A stretch of DNA of 60,029 bases from Deltaproteobacteria bacterium. Lineage in GTDB: Bacteria; Desulfobacterota; Desulfarculia; Adiutricales; JAFDHD01. Both the position numbers and the translations under genes were made by a program. How positions within the stretch are numbered: position 1 is the first letter of the stretch; each line of letters opens with the position of its first letter. Positions 9,101 through 17,546 of this stretch are shown one piece after another. The stretch lies in NCBI GenBank assembly GCA_019306365.1, contig JAFDLS010000001.1, positions 1 to 60,029 on the forward strand, in the 5' to 3' direction. The notes below the pieces were generated by a model. The model searched no databases. It had not been told where the DNA came from and saw nothing but the letters and a program-made list of their open reading frames with translations.

Positions 9101-10150
9101 TTAATCCCTGAACACCACCAACCAGTCGTCGATACCGATGCCTGGAGTTTCTACTTCATGGGCTGAGTAGAACTGAGTCAGAACTTGATGAACGTCATCC
9201 TTTGACTTTCCCTCAAGCATTGATTCAAGGCGGCTAACGCCCTCATCAGGGTAACAGAAAAAATCACCGGTAATGGATACGTTCGCGAAGCGCCCTTCAC
9301 GATCTTCGTAACTGGTCCGGATAAGCCCGCCAGTCGCTTTATGCATTCTCTCAACTACCTTGATACCGGCCCGTATCCTGACTTCCCGATCTGAGATTTT
9401 TCTCCCTTTCCGGTAGAGCCAATCGCCGCTCAGCATCCAGCCGCCCAATTCGTCAATTTTGGATTGAAGCTCGCTGTCTATCCCGCGAGGTGTGAGGGAG
9501 CCGAGTAATGGTTTAAACTCTTCAATCATAATATTGTTCAAGCTCGCCTCATCCCATGCGGACGCCCTGGTTTCCCCTAGTTCTCGTCGAATAGTAGTCA
9601 AATTTTCTTCCATGGTTTTATGGACCTTGTCACGGAACTTCTCATCAGGCACCTTAAGAACGCGCGACATCATTTCATAGTTGAAATCCAGTATGAGATT
9701 GCCGACAAAAACAAGACAGTCCCCTATCTCGCCCACACCGGTGCCTGAAATCTTGCGCGCGTTCACTATGACGTCATTTACGGGCTTAAATTCAGCCTGA
9801 ATGCCTATACGGCGATACGTATTGACAACCGGGCCGAGGAATTTCCTGTAAAAAGAGTCCTTGCTCAAAGGAACGACAGGGTTGTCCGGGTGGATGATCA
9901 GCTGGAAAAACAGCTGGTTCCCATCAAGGTAAACGGTTCCGCCCCCGACCTCCCGCCTGAAAATCGGGATATGACGCGTCTGGCAGAAATCAAGATCCAC
10001 TTCCTGGTCAAGCCCCTGATGGTAACCGGCGCAGACATAAGGACTGGCCGGTGAAAGCAGCGCCAGCGCTTCACGCCCCATTCTGGCCAGGGCATGATAA
10101 ATAAGCTGGGATTCCTGCCAGGACACCTTGCCTAAATTATATAGATACAA
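9101..10150 (-). CDS. lipoate-protein ligase family protein (LplA-like, with C-terminal extension)
   Basis: 349 aa. The N-terminal two thirds resemble the BPL/LplA/LipB catalytic fold (RREVGGGTVYLD, ...KISGTG). The start is apparently TTG. Confidence 0.7.
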   Translation of the reverse strand: MYLYNLGKVSWQESQLIYHALARMGREALALLSPASPYVCAGYHQGLDQEVDLDFCQTRHIPIFRREVGGGTVYLDGNQLFFQLIIHPDNPVVPLSKDSFYRKFLGPVVNTYRRIGIQAEFKPVNDVIVNARKISGTGVGEIGDCLVFVGNLILDFNYEMMSRVLKVPDEKFRDKVHKTMEENLTTIRRELGETRASAWDEASLNNIMIEEFKPLLGSLTPRGIDSELQSKIDELGGWMLSGDWLYRKGRKISDREVRIRAGIKVVERMHKATGGLIRTSYEDREGRFANVSITGDFFCYPDEGVSRLESMLEGKSKDDVHQVLTQFYSAHEVETPGIGIDDWLVVFRD

Positions 10151-10190
10151 ATTCTCGTCTCCAGGTATTATTTAAAATATGGAGGAGTTC

Positions 10191-11378
10191 CTATGAGTCA
10201 AGCGCGCGGTAAACAAGCTCGGTGATGTCCAGGACTTCGAGCGAAATTTGGTTCCGCCTGACGTAAGTGGTCATGGTCCTGACGCATTGCTGGCAAGCGG
10301 TGACCACCGCCTGCGCCCCTGTTTCCATGATTTCATCGATTTTCTGTTTGGCGATCTCCTCAGAAAGCCCGGAGTCAATCATCTCCAGGTTGCCGCCGCC
10401 GCCGCAGCAACGGCAGTTTTCTCGATTAGCCTCAAGTTCAATAAAATTTACTCCAGGGATGGCCTTGAGGACTTCCCTTGGCTCGTCAAAAATACGGGCT
10501 CCTCGGCCCAGATCGCAAGGGTCATGGTAGGTCACGGTTAAGTTAAGTTCTTTAAGAGGGAGCCGTCCTTCCTTGACCAGCCGGTATAAAAACTCCGTGC
10601 TGTGGACAATTTCGAACTCAGCATGGTAAAACTCACGCCACATTTGATAACAGGTAGGACAGGCGCATACAACTTTAGAGGCTTTTTTTTGCCGCACCGC
10701 GTCAATGTTGTGCTCAATAAACTGCGGCATCAGACCCTTCTGACCTGATCCCAGAAGCGGAAAGCCGCAGCACCATTCTGCCTCGCCGAGCAATGTAAAA
10801 TCAACTTCCGCCGCTTCAAATATTGAGGACAGATTGATTGGAATCTTTTGGGCCAGGGGGAAGTAGGAAGCCACACAACCGGTAAAATAGACGACCTCGG
10901 CTTGTTCCTTGATAAAACCGTGATCCGGAGGCTCGTCCATGTCCTCCACCCAATCGGCCCGCTCTTCATTCTCCTCATTAAAGACGTTGTGGCTTTCTAA
11001 CAAATTTTCTCGAATAAGATCGACCTTTTCAGGATATGAGCCGGAGTTCACCAAATCCTGGCGAATCGAAAGCCACAGGACTTTAAGATGAATACCTACC
11101 GGGCAGATCTCCTGGCAGTTCCCACACAAAGTGCAGCGAAAAACCGTTTCACTGAACTGATCCAGGGCCTCAGAGGAAATCTGCTTTCGGCCAAAGAGCC
11201 TTGTGAGCAGGCCCGATCTTTTCCTTAAAACTTCCTTCAGTCCCTTAATGCGATAGACACCGGACAGATGCCCATCCTGAGAGGCCGAAACCGCCGGACA
11301 AACATCAGCGCACAGGCGGCATTTGGTGCAAGCCTCCATCTGAATCAGCTGCCAGAGGTTGTAATCCTGATGAGCCAT
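10191..11378 (-). CDS. HdrD/TmcB/DsrK-like iron-sulfur protein with two CCG domains
   Basis: 395 aa with two ferredoxin motifs (CTKCRLCADVCP, CTLCGNCQEICP) and two CCG motifs (EWCCGFP, CRCCGGGG). Confidence 0.85.
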   Translation of the reverse strand: MAHQDYNLWQLIQMEACTKCRLCADVCPAVSASQDGHLSGVYRIKGLKEVLRKRSGLLTRLFGRKQISSEALDQFSETVFRCTLCGNCQEICPVGIHLKVLWLSIRQDLVNSGSYPEKVDLIRENLLESHNVFNEENEERADWVEDMDEPPDHGFIKEQAEVVYFTGCVASYFPLAQKIPINLSSIFEAAEVDFTLLGEAEWCCGFPLLGSGQKGLMPQFIEHNIDAVRQKKASKVVCACPTCYQMWREFYHAEFEIVHSTEFLYRLVKEGRLPLKELNLTVTYHDPCDLGRGARIFDEPREVLKAIPGVNFIELEANRENCRCCGGGGNLEMIDSGLSEEIAKQKIDEIMETGAQAVVTACQQCVRTMTTYVRRNQISLEVLDITELVYRALDS

Positions 11379-11379
11379 C

Positions 11380-11802
11380 TCAAGTGGTTTTATACTTCTC
11401 GATATCAGCCAGAAGCCACTCTTTGACGGCCTCCGGTCCCTTGATCAAATTATCGAGCTCCGCCATATCATCAGGCTTGATTTTGTACATCCAGCCCTGA
11501 CCGTAACAATCCTCATTAATGAGCGTCGGTTTTGTTTCCAGATCCTGGTTGGAACTGATCAATTCACCGTTCACCGGGGCGAAAACCTTGCCCAGCCATT
11601 TCCCTGATTCCACTTTGGCGAACTTTTTCCCTGCTTTTAGTTTTTTTCCTTCAGCGGGAAGCTGAATATAGACGACCAGCCCGGCCATTTGCTGGGCAAA
11701 ATCATCCATACCCATGACCAGATAATCGTCTTCTTTTTTAATCCAGAAGTGACCTTCCTGATAGTACAAATCATCCGGTAAATTATATCCTTCGAGTTCC
11801 AT
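11380..11802 (-). CDS. glycine-cleavage H-protein-like lipoyl carrier protein
   Basis: 140 aa. It aligns with GcvH, and the lipoyl-lysine context is kept (KVESGKWLGKVFAPVNGEL versus AESVKAASDIYAPVSGEI in E. coli GcvH). RBS AAGGAGGAA. Confidence 0.8.
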   Translation of the reverse strand: MELEGYNLPDDLYYQEGHFWIKKEDDYLVMGMDDFAQQMAGLVVYIQLPAEGKKLKAGKKFAKVESGKWLGKVFAPVNGELISSNQDLETKPTLINEDCYGQGWMYKIKPDDMAELDNLIKGPEAVKEWLLADIEKYKTT

Positions 11803-11827
11803 TATTATTCCTCCTTAACCTAAGGGG

Positions 11828-13609
11828 TTATTTCTTTTCATGCGTCATAACCGCATTGATAACCACGGAAACCGGGGCCATAATAATGTGAAGCATCCGG
11901 CTGAACGGCAGATAAGCGATGAAAATCCCGGTTAGTATAGCGTGAAAATACCAGGAGTATACATACGCCGTGGTTGAACCAAACCCATCCGGCATCAAAC
12001 GGCTGATGGTATTACCTGCAAAAGCGTACCCCGCTCCCGCCGGGCTGCCCGTCATGGTAATACGGTTAGCCTCCAGGAAAAACCCGCTGATTATCAGGAA
12101 ACCCATCAAGGCCAGGGCAAACCAATCAGGCCCGGGCAAACCGGGAATTTTTTCAGATCGCTTTACCAGGCGGCGCAAGACAGCCAGAACTACGCCCAGG
12201 ATAACCAGAACGCCCGTTAAATCGAACAGGAACGCGGTAAGAGCATGATTGTTGTCCAGCATCATCCAGCTCACAGGCCATCTGCCCGCTATCTCTGAAA
12301 AGATAAGCGCGACCATGCCCCATAAGAACCTAAAAACAAAAGGCAGAAAAATCAGGCTGTGGATTAGCCAGCGAGTAAAGTTCTGCCTGAAAAGTTTTCG
12401 AGCGAGCAGCGCGTCCAGGAATAAAACCTTGAAAATTGTCAGCAGCTTAAATGAAAACAAGATCTTCAGGAAGCCAGAGACCGCTTTCAGAATTCTGCCT
12501 TTTGACTCCGCGTTCCTGTTTTTCAAAGAAGCCGCGCCTGCCCAAATAGAAATCAGGCTCAAGACTCCGATTAAAAACACAACCAGAGAAAGCCCGGTGA
12601 TAGTGTTCCTGACTGAAAAGCCGGACGCGTGGCAAGGTACGCAAATTAGACTTTTAGAAGGTAAAATCGAGGCGGCCGCGCCAACCGCGTTTTCTTTCCG
12701 GTGACAACTTCCGCAGGCAGCCTCGTCGCTGGCCGATACCAGATTATGAATTTGACTCACAGCCCCGGGCTCGCGGTCCGGCTGCGTTTGAACCCAATCG
12801 GACTCAAGGTCTCGAACCGGAGTTATATCCGAAAGGTGGCAGGCTTCACAGCGAATCTTCAGATGAACAGCCGTGTCAACAGAGGCTTCATGCGATTGAT
12901 GACACTTGAGGCATTTCTCGGGTTTCTGATCTGAATGAAGGTATTGAAATGAATCAGGATGGCATTCCAGACACGTCAAGCTGCCGTGCGAGGACGCTTT
13001 AAGCCCAGCCGTATCGATCTTAACGGCTTTCACGCTCCCGTCTTTTTCCTGGCCGTGACAGTGAAGGCATACCGCGGAAACTTTGGGGTTTTGATAATCA
13101 AGAGCCCGGTGACAGGCCAGGCAGGCTTCATCCTCTTGTGCAGGCTCAGGCAGGGTAGTTTGTATTTCATGACACGCGCCGCATTGAGTGTTCAGCGGTT
13201 TACCGGGATCAAACCTGTCTCCTGCTTCGAGCTTGAGGGCCCGGCTCAACTGGTAGTGAGGGTCATGGCAGCTTAGACAATACTCATAGTCCTCACCCTC
13301 ACTGACCTTCCGCTCCCCGTGGATACCCTTTTTCAAATCTTCAATAATGTCATCGTGGCAGGCTGAACATTTCTCAGCGCTAAAAAAATCCTTGAGACTT
13401 CTGTTGACATTAGCTGAATTTGGATGAAGCTTCTGATCTTGAATATCGCCGTGGCAATCAAGACAGGAAAATTGACCGTGGATCGAGGCGTGAAACTGTC
13501 CGGTATCAATGAACCAGGAAGCCTCACTAACAGGATATCCGGCCAGAAGAAAAACCAGCGGTAAAATAAAAAACGTCAGGTTTTTCATCGATGCGATTCT
13601 TTTGGGCAC
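11828..13609 (-). CDS. multihaem cytochrome c (11 CxxCH) fused to a NarI/DsrM/TmcC-type membrane cytochrome b domain
   Basis: 593 aa. A signal-peptide-like N-terminus is followed by 11 CxxCH motifs in the first ~330 aa, then a polytopic hydrophobic C-terminal half with His-containing helices (RWLIHSLIFLPF, WYFHAILTG). An alternative ATG start at 13588 gives MKNLTFF. Confidence 0.8.
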   Translation of the reverse strand: MPKRIASMKNLTFFILPLVFLLAGYPVSEASWFIDTGQFHASIHGQFSCLDCHGDIQDQKLHPNSANVNRSLKDFFSAEKCSACHDDIIEDLKKGIHGERKVSEGEDYEYCLSCHDPHYQLSRALKLEAGDRFDPGKPLNTQCGACHEIQTTLPEPAQEDEACLACHRALDYQNPKVSAVCLHCHGQEKDGSVKAVKIDTAGLKASSHGSLTCLECHPDSFQYLHSDQKPEKCLKCHQSHEASVDTAVHLKIRCEACHLSDITPVRDLESDWVQTQPDREPGAVSQIHNLVSASDEAACGSCHRKENAVGAAASILPSKSLICVPCHASGFSVRNTITGLSLVVFLIGVLSLISIWAGAASLKNRNAESKGRILKAVSGFLKILFSFKLLTIFKVLFLDALLARKLFRQNFTRWLIHSLIFLPFVFRFLWGMVALIFSEIAGRWPVSWMMLDNNHALTAFLFDLTGVLVILGVVLAVLRRLVKRSEKIPGLPGPDWFALALMGFLIISGFFLEANRITMTGSPAGAGYAFAGNTISRLMPDGFGSTTAYVYSWYFHAILTGIFIAYLPFSRMLHIIMAPVSVVINAVMTHEKK

Positions 13610-13619
13610 TGCTTGCCTG

Positions 13620-14990
13620 TTAACTTTTAGGTAAATATAGCGCCCAGCCTAAAGCATCCTGAGCGGCCATGGCTATTGACTCAGAATAAGTAGGATGCAC
13701 CGGAATGGATCGGGCCAGTTCCTCAGCCGTGCACTCCAGCTGCATGGCCAAAACAGCTCCCCAGATCATTTCGGTGGCGCGGCCGCCGACGATATGAACA
13801 CCCAGAATATCTCCATATTCAGCGTCAGATACGATTTTTACCGCTCCATCCAGTTCACCATAGGACATGGCCAATCCGTTTATGGAAAGGGGGAAGTCGC
13901 CAGTTTCGACCTCATGTCCCTTGTCCTCCGCCTCTTCTTCCGAAAGTCCCACCGCGCCTACTTCAGGAATGGTGAAAATTCCGCGAGGCACAAGATTAAA
14001 AGGAAAAACAGCCGGAGTTCCCATGGCGTTTTCCGACGCGGTGATACCCATAGCCGTGGCGGCATGACTGAGCATCCAGCCGCCAATCACGTCTCCTATG
14101 GCATAAATTCCCTCGGCGCTGGTTTGAAGATTTTCGTTCACTTCAATAAAGCCGCCGTCATCCAGTTTAACACCGGCTTGATCGAGTCCCAGGTCTTTTG
14201 TATTCGGCTTTCGGCTTGAGACCAGCACCTTATCTACAGCAATGTTTTGATCCTTGGAACCGGCGAGGCTGATTTCAAAACCTTTCTTCGCCTTCTTGAC
14301 TGATTGAAGTTCCGCCCGTGTAAGGATTTCTACGCCCTTTTCCCTGAGAACCTGCGCCACGCGCTGGCTTGTATCGCCGTCTTCCTTCGATAATATTCTG
14401 GCGGACCCGGTAACCAGATATACTTTTGAGCCGAAGGCGTTAAATAAGGCGGCCATTTCCACCGCCATGGCCTCAGCTCCATCAACCAGGACCGAACCGG
14501 GAACCTTCTTCATTTCGAAGACCTGATCAGTAGTCATGGCGGCCTTATCCAGTCCCTCAATCTCAGGCATGGCCACAGACGACCCGGTGGCGATAATTAT
14601 TTTCTTTGCCTCCAGAGTCTTTCCCTCAACATCCACTTCATGAGGGCTCTTCAAGGCGCCTCGCCCCTCAATAACCTCGATGCCATTGTTAGCCAAAAGA
14701 CCGCCCATGCCCATGCGAATGTCGCCGGCTATGCCATTCTTCCGCTCTACGATGGTACTGAGGTCAAACCCATCGACCTTGGCCTTGATTCCAAATTCAC
14801 CGGCGTTTTTTATCATCTCGTTCAAGTACACAGCCCGGAGCCAAATCTTCGAAGGAATACACCCTCGGTTAACACAGACCCCACCCATTTCAAAAGACTC
14901 AACCAAGGCTACCTGCCCCCCTAATTGAGCCGCGCGTATACCCGCTGCGTATCCACCTGGACCACCACCGATCACAACAACGTCATACAT
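13620..14990 (-). CDS. lpdA: dihydrolipoyl dehydrogenase (E3)
   Basis: 456 aa with FAD motif GGGPGGY, the redox disulfide GGVCVNRGCIPSK and a C-terminal HPT..E interface motif. Confidence 0.9.
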   Translation of the reverse strand: MYDVVVIGGGPGGYAAGIRAAQLGGQVALVESFEMGGVCVNRGCIPSKIWLRAVYLNEMIKNAGEFGIKAKVDGFDLSTIVERKNGIAGDIRMGMGGLLANNGIEVIEGRGALKSPHEVDVEGKTLEAKKIIIATGSSVAMPEIEGLDKAAMTTDQVFEMKKVPGSVLVDGAEAMAVEMAALFNAFGSKVYLVTGSARILSKEDGDTSQRVAQVLREKGVEILTRAELQSVKKAKKGFEISLAGSKDQNIAVDKVLVSSRKPNTKDLGLDQAGVKLDDGGFIEVNENLQTSAEGIYAIGDVIGGWMLSHAATAMGITASENAMGTPAVFPFNLVPRGIFTIPEVGAVGLSEEEAEDKGHEVETGDFPLSINGLAMSYGELDGAVKIVSDAEYGDILGVHIVGGRATEMIWGAVLAMQLECTAEELARSIPVHPTYSESIAMAAQDALGWALYLPKS

Positions 14991-15072
14991 TTAGTTACCT
15001 CTTTTATTAAAATTAATTTTATATGCTGCGTGTCTGGAATAAAGGTTCCCCGCAAAACGAAATAACCCGATT

Positions 15073-16077
15073 CTAAACTTGGTTGATAATAAAAAGACAT
15101 TTCTCGGACGCCCGCCGCAGCGCCTCATGCAGGTCAACCACGTATGGACCATGAATATTAAGTTTTATGGTCAGCCTTTCCTCTTTCCCCTGGCTGATCT
15201 CACGCTCCCCGTCGAGAGCGATGACGGTCGGTCCAACTGGAAGCGAAAGCTCTTCATCCACCTCAAAGAGCCGAAAAGATTCGATAGGCACCCAGGGTAT
15301 CAGGCCCGGCGCTATAGGAGCCCTGACCTTCTTTTCCCCGGGCCCAACTTTTATATATAAACCCTGGCGGGCATTTAAAGGCAGACGGCACAGAGCCCCT
15401 CCCAGGGAAGAAATACCGATGTTCCCGGGGTCTGATCGAGTAAGAAAGATCTCTTTAATGGTAGACACGTCCCAGATGGCCCTTGAGGCTATAAAACTGG
15501 ACGTCGAAACGACCACGTCAACCAAGGCAATGTCTAAAAGCTCTGAATCGCGCCAGATCTCCAACCGAGGCATCTGCGATACGACCTGATCCAAATTTGC
15601 TTTGTTCAAAGCCACAACACCGGCCGCGATTCCAGCCAGAGTTCCTTCGACCATGCAGGAAAAGACATTATTTGTCCCGGTGGCAATGGAAAGAAGAGGC
15701 GTTTCTCCACTGGTCTTGGCCACAACGCGGTTGGTTCCGTCACCGCCCAGAACAACAACACAGCCCGTGTCCATTTCACTTAGTATCCCGGCCGCGCGAG
15801 TGGAGTCGTCTTGAGTGCCTTCCGGAACCATGTCAAGAAAAGAGACGTTAAGAGAGAGATTGAGGTTTTCCAGGGCTCGCTGACCGATGCCATAATAGTC
15901 AGGCATAAGAAAAACGTCCTCTACCCCGGTGGAATCCAGGCCCAAAAGAACTCTTTTAACGATGTTGACTTTTTCCCTGTTGGAAAAGACCGAACCGTAG
16001 GCCACTAATCTTCGGATGTCTTTTCCGGAAGCTGGATTGGCGATAATTCCCACTGATCCCAATTGAGTATCCTCCAA
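15073..16077 (-). CDS. acoX: AcoX-like ATP-NAD kinase family protein
   Basis: 334 aa. GIIANPASGKD and the GGDGT motif indicate the NAD kinase/diacylglycerol kinase fold. The position beside acetoin-type E1/E2/E3 genes matches known acoX context. The start is ambiguous, with TTG at 16077 or 16062. Confidence 0.6.
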   Translation of the reverse strand: MEDTQLGSVGIIANPASGKDIRRLVAYGSVFSNREKVNIVKRVLLGLDSTGVEDVFLMPDYYGIGQRALENLNLSLNVSFLDMVPEGTQDDSTRAAGILSEMDTGCVVVLGGDGTNRVVAKTSGETPLLSIATGTNNVFSCMVEGTLAGIAAGVVALNKANLDQVVSQMPRLEIWRDSELLDIALVDVVVSTSSFIASRAIWDVSTIKEIFLTRSDPGNIGISSLGGALCRLPLNARQGLYIKVGPGEKKVRAPIAPGLIPWVPIESFRLFEVDEELSLPVGPTVIALDGEREISQGKEERLTIKLNIHGPYVVDLHEALRRASEKCLFIINQV

Positions 16078-16149
16078 TGCAATAAGAAGCGATTGGCGCG
16101 ATGATATTTGATATAACTATTACAATAGAAACAATCTAATACCTACTCA

Positions 16150-16322
16150 GAGACCTCTGCAAAACTTCGTCCTTTAGCCGAACTCATGAGCGCCGCTTCG
16201 CTGACGTTGCAGCGGCATATGCCAGTCTCAAATTTTAGTTCTCGAAATATTAGTAATATTCCTGCGGGTTAAATTTTCGCCTTCCGCGATTTCAACAAAA
16301 TTACTGGTTTTGCAGAGGTCTC
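16150..16322 (+). mobile_element. MITE-A copy 4 (173 bp)
   Basis: Perfect 16 bp TIRs GAGACCTCTGCAAAAC / GTTTTGCAGAGGTCTC, flanked by direct ACTCA/ACTCA. It lies in the divergent promoter region between acoX and the E1 genes. Confidence 0.9.
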
Positions 16323-16363
16323 ACTCAATAAAATGAAGCCCTTTAGCGATCTTGGTTATTATC

Positions 16364-16388
16364 AGAATTGACGTTGATCGTCAATTCT
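16364..16388. promoter_or_regulatory. perfect palindrome, candidate operator upstream of the E1/E2 operon
   Basis: AGAATTGACG-TTGAT-CGTCAATTCT has 10 bp arms and ends 20 bp upstream of a TTGACA box. Confidence 0.45.
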
Positions 16389-16408
16389 TAATAAAAAAAT
16401 GCAAAGAC

Positions 16409-16440
16409 TTGACAAATCCAGCGCTAACCTATTAGATATT
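16409..16440 (+). promoter_or_regulatory. sigma70-like promoter candidate for the dehydrogenase operon
   Basis: TTGACA at 16409-16414 is followed 16-18 nt later by the AT-rich TATTAGATATT. The exact -10 hexamer is ambiguous. Confidence 0.35.
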
Positions 16441-16545
16441 ATCCGGTCCCCAAAATGTAATTAATGAAACTAATCAACAATACCCTTTCAATTAAAAAGG
16501 TAATCGGTTTAACAGTTCAAACAATAACATAATGAGGAGGGTGTC

Positions 16546-17523
16546 ATGAAACTTAAAAATGATGACTTGATTTTTATGTACAAAACCATGGTACGAACCC
16601 GGAAACTGGATGAGATCACCATCAAGGGTCTTCAAGAGGGTAAAGTGCTTGCGTTTTATCACAGCAGTCAGGGATCTGAAGCTCTGGCAGTTGGCGCCGC
16701 CTCCTTCTTGAGGCCTGACGATTATCTCTGGGCGCATCACCGGGGGCATGGAATCGGGTACATACTCGCCAAAGGGGGATCAGGAAGAGATTTCCTGGCC
16801 GAGCACTACGGCAAGGCCACAGGCAGCTGCCTGGGCGTCTCGGGATTTCACTTCGCCGACCCTGAGAATGGAGCGCTCGGCGCCGCCGGCACGATCGGCT
16901 CCGTTTTTCCCATGTCCCTTGGCTGGGGTCTGGCCGCCAAAAAGCATGGACGGCAGCAGGTAACAATCGCGTGTTTCGGCGACGGCGGATCGAATCGAGG
17001 CACCCTGCATGAGGCCTTCAACCTATCCTCAGTTTGGAAACTGCCTATAGTCTGGATTTGCGACAACAACGGCATGGCCCAGTATACGCCTATTACTGAC
17101 GCCTACGCCAAAGACGATATCGCGGACCTGGCCACGGGTTATGACATACCCGCCGTGGTGGTGGACGGCATGGATATTATAGCCGTTCACGAAGCGGTTC
17201 AAGCCGCCGTTGAAAAAGCTAGGGCCGGCGAAGGTCCTTCCATGATCGAAGCCAAGACCAAACGCTTCCGAGAACATTCCATAGGCAGTCCCGATGTTGT
17301 CCATAACCAACCACGCACGGATGAAGAAATAGCCGAAATGAAAAAACTGGACCCCATTATAACTTTTAAAGCTAAACTGCTGGAGCAAGGTGTATTGACT
17401 AAGGCCGATGTTGAAAAAATCAATAATGACGCCGAAGCCGAGATGGCGGAAATGGACCAGTTTTGCGTAGACAGCCAGATTCCCGATCCATCTATTCTTA
17501 ATACGTTAGTATACGCCGAGTAA
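16546..17523 (+). CDS. thiamine-diphosphate-dependent 2-oxoacid/acetoin dehydrogenase E1 alpha subunit (copy 1)
   Basis: 325 aa with TPP motif GDGGSNRGTLHEAFNLSSVWKLPIVWICDNN. RBS GAGGAGGG. Confidence 0.85.
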   Translation: MKLKNDDLIFMYKTMVRTRKLDEITIKGLQEGKVLAFYHSSQGSEALAVGAASFLRPDDYLWAHHRGHGIGYILAKGGSGRDFLAEHYGKATGSCLGVSGFHFADPENGALGAAGTIGSVFPMSLGWGLAAKKHGRQQVTIACFGDGGSNRGTLHEAFNLSSVWKLPIVWICDNNGMAQYTPITDAYAKDDIADLATGYDIPAVVVDGMDIIAVHEAVQAAVEKARAGEGPSMIEAKTKRFREHSIGSPDVVHNQPRTDEEIAEMKKLDPIITFKAKLLEQGVLTKADVEKINNDAEAEMAEMDQFCVDSQIPDPSILNTLVYAE

Positions 17524-17546
17524 AAAAGTAAGGAGGCCCCCAAGCT

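Noticed and set aside
16078-16545. Search for a sigma54 (TGGCAC-N5-TTGC) promoter, as expected for AcoR-regulated acetoin operons; also checked at 7524-7945 and 52550-52948
   Set aside because: No match with correct GG/GC spacing was found by eye. TGGCA-containing strings at 7559, 30898 and 39620 have the wrong spacing or lack TTGC.
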